Position numbers and translations under genes: made by a program
Shown here: in pieces, positions 24,104-33,278 of the stretch
Numbering within the stretch: the first letter of the stretch is position 1
How the letters are laid out: each line of letters begins with the position of its first letter
Notes under the pieces: model-generated
Databases searched by the model: none
Told to the model about the DNA's origin: nothing
What the model saw: only the letters and a program-made list of their open reading frames with translations
Virus record (IMG/VR): IMGVR_UViG_3300045988_129709
Direction: 5' to 3' (one strand)
DNA: 36,443 bases
From: a virus

Positions 24104-25711
24104 ATGTTAACACCGGAATATTTGAATTTAATAGAATTTAATGATGTTGTGAATTTATACAACAAGTTAAATATAGATATAACAGCAGATATAATTACAA
24201 GAATAAGCACAATGGATGATATTACAGAAGTAAGTCGCAAACAAATGAAGATATTATTACAGACAAACGGAGCAGAAGTATTTAATAAAGCATTAGAAAA
24301 GACATCATTGTTAACAAGAGAAACAAAAAATGCATTAAAGCTATTATTTGAAAATATGGCAAAAGAAGATATGCAAGGATATAAAGAATTGTATAAATAC
24401 AGGGATAAACTTTTCAAATTAAGTGAAAATCAATATAAGATACTTAATCAAGGATTAAAACAAACTAATAAAACACTAAAGAACATGACAAATACTATAG
24501 CTTTTCAAAGTCAACAAGCATATGTTAACGCAGTAGATGAAGCATATATGAAAGTTATAAGTGGTGCATTTGATTATACGTCTGCTATTAATACAGCTGT
24601 ACAACAATTAGCAGACAAAGGAATAACATTAAAAGATAAACTGGGAAGAAATATACAATTAGAAACAGCAGTAAGAAGAAATGTGTTAAGTGGTATTCAT
24701 GCAACAGCAAACAATATAAATAGAAACATAGAAACAGAGTTAGGTTGCGATGGATATGAGGTTACAGCACATCTAGGGGCAAGACCAAGCCATGCAGAAG
24801 AACAAGGAAAACAATTTGCAGTAAGTAAGAAAGATGCTGGCAAATATGGTTTAGAGTTATGGTCAGATGTTGCAGAATTATGGGAAGAGTACAATTGTAG
24901 ACATAGCTATTTTGGAATAATCTTAGGGGTTTCAGAACCAGTATATACAAATAATGAATTAGAAAAGTTTAAGAATGCAACAGTTACACTAAATGGAAAA
25001 CAAGTACCATATTATAAAGCAACTCAAAGACAAAGACAATTTGAAAGTGATATAAGAAATACAAAACGAAGTATACAAACATTAGATAAAGCAGGCATAG
25101 ACTCATCAAATCAAAGAAGTAAATTAAGACAATTGCAAATGAAACAAACAGCATTTTGCAAAGAGACAGGACTTGAAAAAGATTATTCAAGAATGAAAAT
25201 TGCAAAAATTAAGACAAACGAACAAGCAAAGTATAAAGATATAACAGAACAATTTAATTCAGTAAAGAAATATAAAGTTAAACAGCAACAATACTACAAA
25301 GATACTCAAGGAACTAAATACTTTGTAGATGGAAAAAATGTTTTGATGGAACCATCAGACAGAGAAAGAGAAGTAGCTAAAATTCTTGGAAAAGCTTTTG
25401 GAGGACAAGTAAATATAATACCAAGAATAAATAATCCAGCAAGTATAAAAACACCAGATTATATTATTAACAATGAAAGATTTGACTTAAAAGAAATTAC
25501 TGGTAAAGGTAAATATGTAATAGAAGGTAATTTAAGGAAAAAGAAAAACCAAGCAAATAATTTTATTATAGATGTAACAAATACTAAAATGGATCCAAAA
25601 GAAATAGAAAGGCAAATAAAAAGTATTTATATTTCAAAAAGATTTATGTGGATTGATAAGATATTTGTCATAAAAGAAAACAAAATAATAAATGCATATA
25701 AAAGAAAATAA
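24104..25711 (+). CDS. Minor head protein (Mu F / SPP1 gp7 family) with about 180-aa C-terminal extension carrying a PD-(D/E)xK-like motif set (E...PD...DLK)
   Basis: The MuF core contains ...GIHATANNINRNIETELGCDGYEVTAHLGARPSHAEEQGKQF. The C-terminus contains EREVAKILGKAFGGQVNIIPR...KTPDYIINNERFDLKEITGKG. Confidence 0.8.
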   Translation: MLTPEYLNLIEFNDVVNLYNKLNIDITADIITRISTMDDITEVSRKQMKILLQTNGAEVFNKALEKTSLLTRETKNALKLLFENMAKEDMQGYKELYKYRDKLFKLSENQYKILNQGLKQTNKTLKNMTNTIAFQSQQAYVNAVDEAYMKVISGAFDYTSAINTAVQQLADKGITLKDKLGRNIQLETAVRRNVLSGIHATANNINRNIETELGCDGYEVTAHLGARPSHAEEQGKQFAVSKKDAGKYGLELWSDVAELWEEYNCRHSYFGIILGVSEPVYTNNELEKFKNATVTLNGKQVPYYKATQRQRQFESDIRNTKRSIQTLDKAGIDSSNQRSKLRQLQMKQTAFCKETGLEKDYSRMKIAKIKTNEQAKYKDITEQFNSVKKYKVKQQQYYKDTQGTKYFVDGKNVLMEPSDREREVAKILGKAFGGQVNIIPRINNPASIKTPDYIINNERFDLKEITGKGKYVIEGNLRKKKNQANNFIIDVTNTKMDPKEIERQIKSIYISKRFMWIDKIFVIKENKIINAYKRK

Positions 25712-25763
25712 TTGAAGGTCAACTGCGAACCAAATATATGGGGTTCTCAACTGACCTTCAATA
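25711..25763 (+). promoter_or_regulatory. Long imperfect hairpin (11-bp outer stem ATTGAAGGTCA/TGACCTTCAAT, inner stem GAACC/GGTTC) abutting the MuF stop codon
   Basis: Read directly. It contains the direct repeat TCAACTG x2. Confidence 0.5.
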
Positions 25764-25870
25764 ATAATATTATTAACTTAATTATACAATAAATTAGGCT
25801 AATAATCAATAGTTTATGCAAAAAAATACAATTTATACATTAAATTAGTTATTAACATTTTAATATATAT

Positions 25871-25896
25871 AAGAAGCTGACGAGCTTCTTTTTTAA
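25871..25896 (+). terminator. Rho-independent terminator AAGAAGCT-GACG-AGCTTCTT + T6
   Basis: Read directly. It lies inside the late operon between the MuF and scaffold genes. Confidence 0.6.
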
Positions 25897-26017
25897 TGTC
25901 TTTTTTCAATTAGACGTAAAAGAAATTGAAATGTTGGGCATACGACGTTAAAAATAGCAAATATTATCAAATTCGAGGGAAGAAAAACCCGTAGAAAATC
26001 GTAGGAGGAGAAATATT

Positions 26018-26581
26018 ATGAAAAGAAGTTTTTTAGAAGGATTATTCAAAGATTTAGAAGCGGAGGATAGCGTTAAGAAAAATATCATTGATAGCATTAT
26101 GACTGAAAATGGTAATGATGTTAACGCAGAAAAAACAAAAACTTTAACTGCACAAAATGATTTAAAAGTAAAGGAAGGATTAATCGAAGAACTAAACAAA
26201 AAAATAAAAGAAAATGGCTCTGTCGATATAGAAGAAATCAAAAGAGTAGCTAAAGAGGAAGGCTTTGCCGAAGGTTCTAAAGAAGTTGAAGAATTTAAGA
26301 AAACAAACGCACTAAAAAGTTCCATAAAAGGAGCAAAAGACTTTGACTTAGTTTATAGCAAACTAGACAAAGACAAAATTAAATATGAAAAAAATGATAA
26401 AGGAGAGTACACAGTAAGTGGCATTGATGAACAAATCAAAGATGTCAAAGAAAAGTATTCTTTTTTGTTTGATGAAGAAGATGATGGAAACTCAGAAATT
26501 AATCTTGGTGGAAATCATACAGAAAAACCACAAGATACAACTCCAACGTTATATGGAGCATTAAAAGAAAAATTTAATTAA
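26018..26581 (+). CDS. Scaffolding protein
   Basis: Acidic, helical, K/E-rich. It lies between the portal/MuF genes and the major capsid gene. Confidence 0.65.
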   Translation: MKRSFLEGLFKDLEAEDSVKKNIIDSIMTENGNDVNAEKTKTLTAQNDLKVKEGLIEELNKKIKENGSVDIEEIKRVAKEEGFAEGSKEVEEFKKTNALKSSIKGAKDFDLVYSKLDKDKIKYEKNDKGEYTVSGIDEQIKDVKEKYSFLFDEEDDGNSEINLGGNHTEKPQDTTPTLYGALKEKFN

Positions 26582-26596
26582 TAGGAGGAAATAAAA

Positions 26597-27700
26597 ATGA
26601 TAACATTAGAAGAAGCAAAAGTAGGAATGGCTGATAAAGTAGATCAAGCAGTCATTGATGAATTTAGAAGAGGGTCTTTATTATTAGATAAATTAGTATT
26701 TGATAATGCTGTAGCACCAGGAACAGGGGGAAGTACATTAACTTATGGATACACAAAATTAAAAACACCATCAACAGCAGGATTTAGAAAAATAAATGGT
26801 GAGTATACAAATAATGAAGCTAAAAGAGAAAAAGCAAGTGCAGACTTAAAAATATTCGGAGGTAATTTCAAAATTGACCGTGTATTAATAAATACATCTG
26901 GTGCAGTAGATGAATTAGACTTCCAAATGAAAGAAAAAATAAAGGGAGCTATAAATTTATTTCACAATACTGTAATAAATGGAAATGAATCAGTGAACGA
27001 AGATGAATTTAATGGACTAGATGTTATGTTAAAAGGTTCTAGCACTGAATATAATGCATCTGAATATGCGATAACAAAAGATACTGATGTAACAGCAGGG
27101 AAGGTATATTACACTAGAAGTGGTTCAGGAACTACAAGTTCTCCATACAAATATACAAAAGTAGCAAATCCACAAAAAGCCAATATAGCTACATATTATG
27201 AAGTATCTAATGAGTTTGATTTATCAACATCTAAAAAAATGGATGATAATTATCAAGAATTTTTAGATAAAATGGATGAATTTGTTTCAATTATGCAAGG
27301 AAAACCAACAATGTTTTTAGGTAATAACAAATTAATTACAAAAATTAAAGGTATTGCAAGAAGAGCAGGATATTATACTAAATCAGAAGATGCGTTTGGT
27401 AGAAGTGTTGATATGTGGGATAACATTCCATTAGTAGACTTAGAAGAATATTTCGATGGAACTAATACAACACCTTGCGTAAAAATTTCTGAAGATGGAT
27501 TGACAGACTTATATGCGGTTCAAATTGCAAAAGATGGATTCCACGGAGTTTCTCCAACTGGAAATGGAGTTTTAAGCACTTGCTTACCAGATATGAAAGC
27601 TCCTGGAACAGTTAAAGAAGGAGACGTAGAAATGGTTGCTGCAGTTGTGTTAAAAAATACACTAAAAGCTGGAGTATTTAGAAACATAAAAGTAAAATAG
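26597..27700 (+). CDS. Major capsid protein (HK97-fold)
   Basis: Size, position after the scaffold gene, and a typical N-terminal delta-like segment. Confidence 0.8.
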   Translation: MITLEEAKVGMADKVDQAVIDEFRRGSLLLDKLVFDNAVAPGTGGSTLTYGYTKLKTPSTAGFRKINGEYTNNEAKREKASADLKIFGGNFKIDRVLINTSGAVDELDFQMKEKIKGAINLFHNTVINGNESVNEDEFNGLDVMLKGSSTEYNASEYAITKDTDVTAGKVYYTRSGSGTTSSPYKYTKVANPQKANIATYYEVSNEFDLSTSKKMDDNYQEFLDKMDEFVSIMQGKPTMFLGNNKLITKIKGIARRAGYYTKSEDAFGRSVDMWDNIPLVDLEEYFDGTNTTPCVKISEDGLTDLYAVQIAKDGFHGVSPTGNGVLSTCLPDMKAPGTVKEGDVEMVAAVVLKNTLKAGVFRNIKVK

Positions 27701-27712
27701 GAGCTGATAAAG

Positions 27713-28069
27713 ATGAAATATGCAGATTATAGCTATTATTTACTTGAGTATAAAGGAAAATCACAAGAAATCTTTTTTGATTCACTAATAATAAAAGCAA
27801 GCAGAGAAATTGATAAGAATGTCAATACAAGACTAACAGAAACAAAAATAAATAATTTGCCAAAAGAAGCACAAGAACAGTTGAAATATACTGCTTGTGC
27901 TTTAGTTGATTTAATAAATAAAAAGGAAGAAAGTACAAACAGAAAAATTACTTCATATTCGATAGATGGAGTAAGTAAAAACTTTAAAGTGCTTTCTGAT
28001 GAAGAATATAAAGTGGCTAAAAAGGAAATAATCAATTGTTTGCCTGATGAATTAACATGCTTTTTATAG
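27713..28069 (+). CDS. Head-tail connector / DNA-packaging adaptor
   Basis: Position and size. Confidence 0.5.
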   Translation: MKYADYSYYLLEYKGKSQEIFFDSLIIKASREIDKNVNTRLTETKINNLPKEAQEQLKYTACALVDLINKKEESTNRKITSYSIDGVSKNFKVLSDEEYKVAKKEIINCLPDELTCFL

Positions 28070-28079
28070 GGAGGTTAGT

Positions 28080-28442
28080 ATGGAAGATTTTCCAATGCAA
28101 GATATAACGATATACCATAAAAGTAATAACAAATGGGATAGATATGTTGTAGAGGCTAGTTATAGAAATACTTCAATAACAAATCATAACAGAAATGGGT
28201 CAGATTCAACTGACAATGCCTTAATTAGGATTTTTGACATCAATGGATATAATTTAAAGTGGTTTGTAGAAAATGACGATATTATTGTAAATAAAAAGGT
28301 AGAAGATGTAATAGAAAGAGTACCATTAACAGAACTAAGTAAAAAATATGGCACTCAAAATGTTCACAAAGTAACTTCTATTGATAAATTTATATTTGAT
28401 GATGAGGATTTACCAAATCATATCAAGATAGGTGCAATATGA
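28080..28442 (+). CDS. Head-tail joining protein (hypothetical)
   Basis: Position. Confidence 0.4.
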   Translation: MEDFPMQDITIYHKSNNKWDRYVVEASYRNTSITNHNRNGSDSTDNALIRIFDINGYNLKWFVENDDIIVNKKVEDVIERVPLTELSKKYGTQNVHKVTSIDKFIFDDEDLPNHIKIGAI

Positions 28443-28852
28443 GTTATATTATTAAGACAAAACCACTACAAACTATTTATAGAGAATTAGGTCTAGAAGA
28501 GCGAGGGAAAGTACAGCAATTTTTAGGAAAAACGGTTGCTGACAATCTCAAAAAATATGTTTCTTTAAAAAGTGGAACACAAAAAGACTCTGTAAATCCT
28601 ATTAATGGAGGAAAACAAGTAATAATAAACGTTCCTTATGCAAGATTCCAAGCAGAAGGAAAAGTTATGGTAGGAGTAAAAAGTAGAAGTGCTTATGCTA
28701 GACGTGGAGAAAGAAAAGTAGTTATAAGTAAAGACTTAAAATATCATAGCGACAGATTAAGAGGTTCACATCCTTTTGAAAGAATGAAAGCGGATAAAGG
28801 ACAAAGTATATTAAATCAAACAGCAAAAGAAGCAAGGAGGGTAAGTAAATAA
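28439..28852 (+). CDS. Head closure / minor capsid protein (HK97 gp10-like)
   Basis: Position. Basic C-terminus. Confidence 0.45.
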   Translation: MSYIIKTKPLQTIYRELGLEERGKVQQFLGKTVADNLKKYVSLKSGTQKDSVNPINGGKQVIINVPYARFQAEGKVMVGVKSRSAYARRGERKVVISKDLKYHSDRLRGSHPFERMKADKGQSILNQTAKEARRVSK

Positions 28853-29271
28853 TGGACAAAGCAATAAATGATTGGTTGTTACAATATGAACCAATAAAAG
28901 AAATAGCAAAGACGATAAATACAGAAGAGCTTCCAAAAGAAACTGATACTTTAGCTTTACAAAGAAGTGGAGTAGAAAACTTACCATTAAAATATATTAC
29001 AGATACAGGATGGTATAGACAATATCAATACGCATTGCTTTTAAAAATAAACAGTGAAGATAACTTACAAAGATTAGAAAATTTAGATTGGTTAGATGAT
29101 TTAAGCGATTGGATAGATAAACAAAATCGTTTAAGAAACTATCCAGTCTTAAAAAATAAACAAGTAAAACAAATAAGCTGTGCTGATGCGATAACTTATG
29201 AAACTAACGAAGATGGGACAATAAGTACGTATTATTTACAGCTTTATTTTAATATTAAAGGAGGAATTTAA
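28852..29271 (+). CDS. Tail completion / minor capsid protein
   Basis: Position. Confidence 0.45.
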   Translation: MDKAINDWLLQYEPIKEIAKTINTEELPKETDTLALQRSGVENLPLKYITDTGWYRQYQYALLLKINSEDNLQRLENLDWLDDLSDWIDKQNRLRNYPVLKNKQVKQISCADAITYETNEDGTISTYYLQLYFNIKGGI

Positions 29272-29272
29272 A

Positions 29273-29767
29273 ATGGCAGAAACTATAGCAGAAACATTAA
29301 AAGATATAATGCAATATGACGAAGCACATTATTTCGGAATAAATGACGAAATTGTATTGGGTGGAGTTATTACAGAAATGACAGAAAGCTCAAATCCAAC
29401 TGAAAAAGAAAAACAATACATTCATCAAAAATCGAAACAATATGCAGTGACAGGTTTTTCAAATGAATTTCCAATTACAATGGATATGGTAAAAGGAGAC
29501 AAAGTATTTGATTATATGTACAACTTATTCTATGAAAGAAAAGTAACTCCGGACTTAGATATAGATCATTACATTGTTAATCTATGGGAACCAGTTGCAA
29601 GTCAAGAAAATACATATAAAGCAAGAAAAATAACACAAACTTGTGAGATAACGGAATGTAATGGCGCAGCAGGAGAACAAAAACAAATGACAGGTTCATT
29701 AAAAGGTGGAGATTTTGTTTATGGTACTTTTGATGTATCAACAAAAAAATTCACAGAGAATGCATAA
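29273..29767 (+). CDS. Major tail (tube) protein
   Basis: Position upstream of the chaperone and tape measure genes. Size 164 aa. Confidence 0.5.
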   Translation: MAETIAETLKDIMQYDEAHYFGINDEIVLGGVITEMTESSNPTEKEKQYIHQKSKQYAVTGFSNEFPITMDMVKGDKVFDYMYNLFYERKVTPDLDIDHYIVNLWEPVASQENTYKARKITQTCEITECNGAAGEQKQMTGSLKGGDFVYGTFDVSTKKFTENA

Positions 29768-29815
29768 ATAATAGGTAGATGTTAAGTGTAATTATATTAA
29801 GAGGAGAATAGGAAA

Positions 29816-30253
29816 ATGGAAGATAAGAAAAGATTAAGTTTTGGTTATGAGGATACAGACAAAAGTATAGAGATAGAATTATATGGATTAGTTTTTGAAA
29901 TTAATGATTTAGATAATATAAAAGAGTTAGAGAGTTTAGATAAAAATAATAATAATGCTATAGAAACACAATTTGAAAAGATATTAGGCAAAGGTGCTAT
30001 TGATAAAATAAATAAAAAAAGAGTAAGCGATGGATATAAAAAATTAGATTTAAATATAGAATTAGGAATCTTAGGTTGCGTATTTGAAACGTATGCAAAA
30101 GGAATAATGGGAAATATGTTAAGTAAAGTAACAAAGACAGCTGACGATATCAATAAAGATATGAATAATACTGTAAACATGAATAGAGAGCAAAGAAGAA
30201 ATTATAATAGAAATCAATATAGAGGAAATAGAAGAAATTATAGGAGATATTAA
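29816..30253 (+). CDS. Tail-module hypothetical protein with Arg/Asn/Tyr-rich C-terminal tail
   Basis: ORF. Confidence 0.4.
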   Translation: MEDKKRLSFGYEDTDKSIEIELYGLVFEINDLDNIKELESLDKNNNNAIETQFEKILGKGAIDKINKKRVSDGYKKLDLNIELGILGCVFETYAKGIMGNMLSKVTKTADDINKDMNNTVNMNREQRRNYNRNQYRGNRRNYRRY

Positions 30254-30254
30254 T

Positions 30255-30831
30255 ATGATTATGTTTAATAAGCTACCCTATTTTGTAATATTACAAGGAA
30301 AAAAATATAAAATAAATGTAGACTTTAGAACTATGATATCTTTCGAAAATAAAGTGCAGGATAAAAGTGTCGACAAGTCGGAAAAGATAAAGTATGGACT
30401 AAGGCATTTTTATCCTGCTTTTTTTTATGCAGAAAATTATAATAAACTACTATACAATCCACAATTATATAAAGAAGCTTGTGAAAAGCTAATATGGTTT
30501 TATAAATGTGGCAGAGATAATTATCACAAAACAAAAGGAAATGGCAAAGGAAACAATAAACAAATATATTCTTATGAGTATGATGATGAATACATTTATG
30601 GTGCTTTTTACGAATTACGGAATAGATTTAGCTTATGATAAAGTACATTGGTGGAAATTTAAAGCATTGCTAAAATCTTTAAAAGATGACACGGAATTTG
30701 TGAAAATAAAAGGTTATCGAGCTTATACAGGCAAAGATGAAAATATGCTAGAATTAAGGGCGTATTGGGAATTACCAAAACCAGTTGAAGAACAGGAAAG
30801 AATAAATAAAATATATGAGGCATTGAAATAA
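30255..30831 (+). CDS. Tail assembly chaperone pair: G-like ORF 30255..30638 with extension in the +1 frame (open from approx 30493) to 30831 (GT-like fusion, about 190 aa)
   Basis: Two overlapping ORFs in different frames (30255..30638 and 30508..30831) lie immediately upstream of the tape measure region. This is the classic G/GT arrangement. Confidence 0.5.
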
Positions 30832-30919
30832 TTTTATTTTTCGACCTTTTTCGACACAAAAGTACAAGAAAAAATGATATACTCTTTTTATAATATAAAT
30901 AAAAGGAGATGCGATATAT

Positions 30920-31168
30920 ATGAAATGCCCTAAATGTGGAAGTGATAATACAAATGTTCAAATGGTTACAGAAAGCCAATTAAAAAACAAACATCATAGT
31001 ATAGCATATTGGATATTTATTGGTTGGTGGTGGAGACCTTTATTATGGATATGTTTAACTTTGCCAATGTTACTTGGAAGTTTGTTTGGACATAAAAAAC
31101 AAAAACTAGTTATAAAACATAAAAGTATGGCAGTCTGCCAAAATTGTGGTTATTATTGGAAAGTATAA
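30920..31168 (+). CDS. Small membrane protein with split zinc ribbon (CPKCGS...CQNCGYYW) and Trp-rich TM segment
   Basis: The sequence MKCPKCGSDN...IAYWIFIGWWWRPLLWICLTLPMLLGSLFG...CQNCGYYWKV. It has its own RBS. Confidence 0.45.
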   Translation: MKCPKCGSDNTNVQMVTESQLKNKHHSIAYWIFIGWWWRPLLWICLTLPMLLGSLFGHKKQKLVIKHKSMAVCQNCGYYWKV

Positions 31169-31245
31169 AGAATTTTTAAAGATTTCATAACACTTACATA
31201 AATGTAGGTGTTTTTTATTTTGTCTACATTGGAAAGGACAAAATA

Positions 31246-33147
31246 ATGGCAGTAGCAGGAAGCTTAACGTACGATACAAATATAGATAAAAGTGGATTTG
31301 AAAAAGGATTAAATAGCTTAAAAAACAGTACACAAAACGTTGGAACAAAAATAAAAAACATAGTAGTTGCACTTGGAATAGATAAAATAATATCAGCAAC
31401 GATGAATACAATAAAAAATTCGGTAAATGATGCAGTTTCAAGAATAGACACGTTAAACAACTATCCTAAAGTAATGAAGAATTTAGGAATAAGTAGTGAG
31501 GAATCAGAGGCTTCTATAAAAAAGTTAAGCGAAAAATTAACAGGATTACCAACTACATTGGATAGTGCTTCATTAGCAGTACAAAGATTCACAAGTAAAA
31601 ACAGCGACATAGAGAAAAGCACTGATTATTTCTTGGCGTTAAACAATGCGTTATTGGCTGGTGGTGCATCAGCAGATATACAATCATCTGCTATGGAACA
31701 GTTAAGCCAAGCATATGCTAAAGGCAAACCAGACATGATGGAATGGAGAAGCTTACAGACTGCAATGCCAGCACAATTAAACCAAGTGGCAAAAGCTTTT
31801 AATATGACATCTGATGAGCTTGGAGAAGCTTTAAGAAATGGCAAAATATCAATGGACGATTTTATGGATAAAATCGTTGAACTAAACGAAAATGGTGCTG
31901 GAGAATTTCAATCATTTGAAGAGCAGGCAAAAAATTCAACAGGTGGTATAGCTACATCAATTACAAATATGAAAACCGCTATAACACGTGGGGTTTCAGA
32001 AATAGTAAAATCAATAGATAAGCTTTTGGATAGTATAGGTTTGGGAGGAATTAGTAATGTACTAAATCAAATAGGAAAAGAATCAGAAGGAATATTAAAA
32101 AATATTGCCAATGTTTTAAATGAAATAGCTGAAAATGGGATAAGTTCTGTATTAGAAACAGCCAAACAGAAAGGGCCTGAAATAATAACCAACTTAGTAA
32201 ATGGTATTGTATCAAAAATTCCAGATATAATCAGCACAATCTCAAACATACTTATACAATTTATACAAGTTATAATTGCAAATTTACCTGCTATAATTAG
32301 TGGTGGTATGCAAATAATATCGGCATTAATAACAGGAATAGCTCAGCAGTTACCAACTTTAATTCCTATGGCATTAGAGCTAATTCTAACCTTAGTAACA
32401 AGTTTGTTAGACAACATAGATCAGTTAATAGATGCAGGAATCAACTTAATTATAGGATTAGCAGAAGGATTAATTAATGCAATTCCTATACTAATAGAAA
32501 AAATACCAATAATAATAGAAAAATTAATAAATGCAATAGTTAATAATTTACCTAAAATAATTCAAATGGGTATAACATTAATAGTGAAGTTGGCAGAAGG
32601 ATTAATAAAAGCAATTCCTCAATTAGTTAGCAAAATACCACAAATAATAGGTGCATTAGTTTCTGGATTTGGACAGTTTTTAAGTAATATGTGGGATGTT
32701 GGCAAAAATATTGTTGAAGGAATATGGAATGGAATAAAAAATGCAAAAGATTGGCTACTAGGAAAAGTAAAAGAATGGTGTGGAAACATTCTAAATGGAA
32801 TAAAAGCTTTTTTTGGTATACATTCACCTTCGAGAGTAATGAGAGATGAAATTGGTAAACGTCTACCACAAGGTGTTGCAGTGGGTATAGAAGCGGATAC
32901 AGATGAAGCATTAAAAGCAATAGACAATATGAATAACGACATTATGTCTGAAATGAATAAAGCAGTAGCATTCGAAACTGGTTCGATAAATGCTAATGCA
33001 AGTGTAAAATCTAACAATTCTATGCTAAATGTAATACATGCAACATTTAATATAGATGGAAGTGTAGAGATAGATGGACAAAAAACAGGAAGAATTTTAA
33101 CACCTTATATGACTAAAACATTAAAGACAGGAGGTGCATTCGCATAG
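31246..33147 (+). CDS. Tape measure protein
   Basis: N-terminal TMP region, a long hydrophobic/helical central segment and a C-terminal region. 633 aa. Canonical position. Confidence 0.85.
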   Translation: MAVAGSLTYDTNIDKSGFEKGLNSLKNSTQNVGTKIKNIVVALGIDKIISATMNTIKNSVNDAVSRIDTLNNYPKVMKNLGISSEESEASIKKLSEKLTGLPTTLDSASLAVQRFTSKNSDIEKSTDYFLALNNALLAGGASADIQSSAMEQLSQAYAKGKPDMMEWRSLQTAMPAQLNQVAKAFNMTSDELGEALRNGKISMDDFMDKIVELNENGAGEFQSFEEQAKNSTGGIATSITNMKTAITRGVSEIVKSIDKLLDSIGLGGISNVLNQIGKESEGILKNIANVLNEIAENGISSVLETAKQKGPEIITNLVNGIVSKIPDIISTISNILIQFIQVIIANLPAIISGGMQIISALITGIAQQLPTLIPMALELILTLVTSLLDNIDQLIDAGINLIIGLAEGLINAIPILIEKIPIIIEKLINAIVNNLPKIIQMGITLIVKLAEGLIKAIPQLVSKIPQIIGALVSGFGQFLSNMWDVGKNIVEGIWNGIKNAKDWLLGKVKEWCGNILNGIKAFFGIHSPSRVMRDEIGKRLPQGVAVGIEADTDEALKAIDNMNNDIMSEMNKAVAFETGSINANASVKSNNSMLNVIHATFNIDGSVEIDGQKTGRILTPYMTKTLKTGGAFA

Positions 33148-33278
33148 ACTTACGATATAATGGAAAAAGTTATAAAGTATTAGATAGCATAGAAATACAA
33201 AAATCTTCAAGAGAACTAAAATATACAGATATAAAAATAGATTTTAAGGGAGGAACAATAGAAGACCTCCCTTTTTAT

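Noticed and set aside
29816-30255. Programmed frameshift between 29816..30253 and 30255..30638
   Set aside because: The ORFs are adjacent but do not overlap (stop at 30253, start at 30255). The overlapping-frame signal is within 30255..30831 instead.
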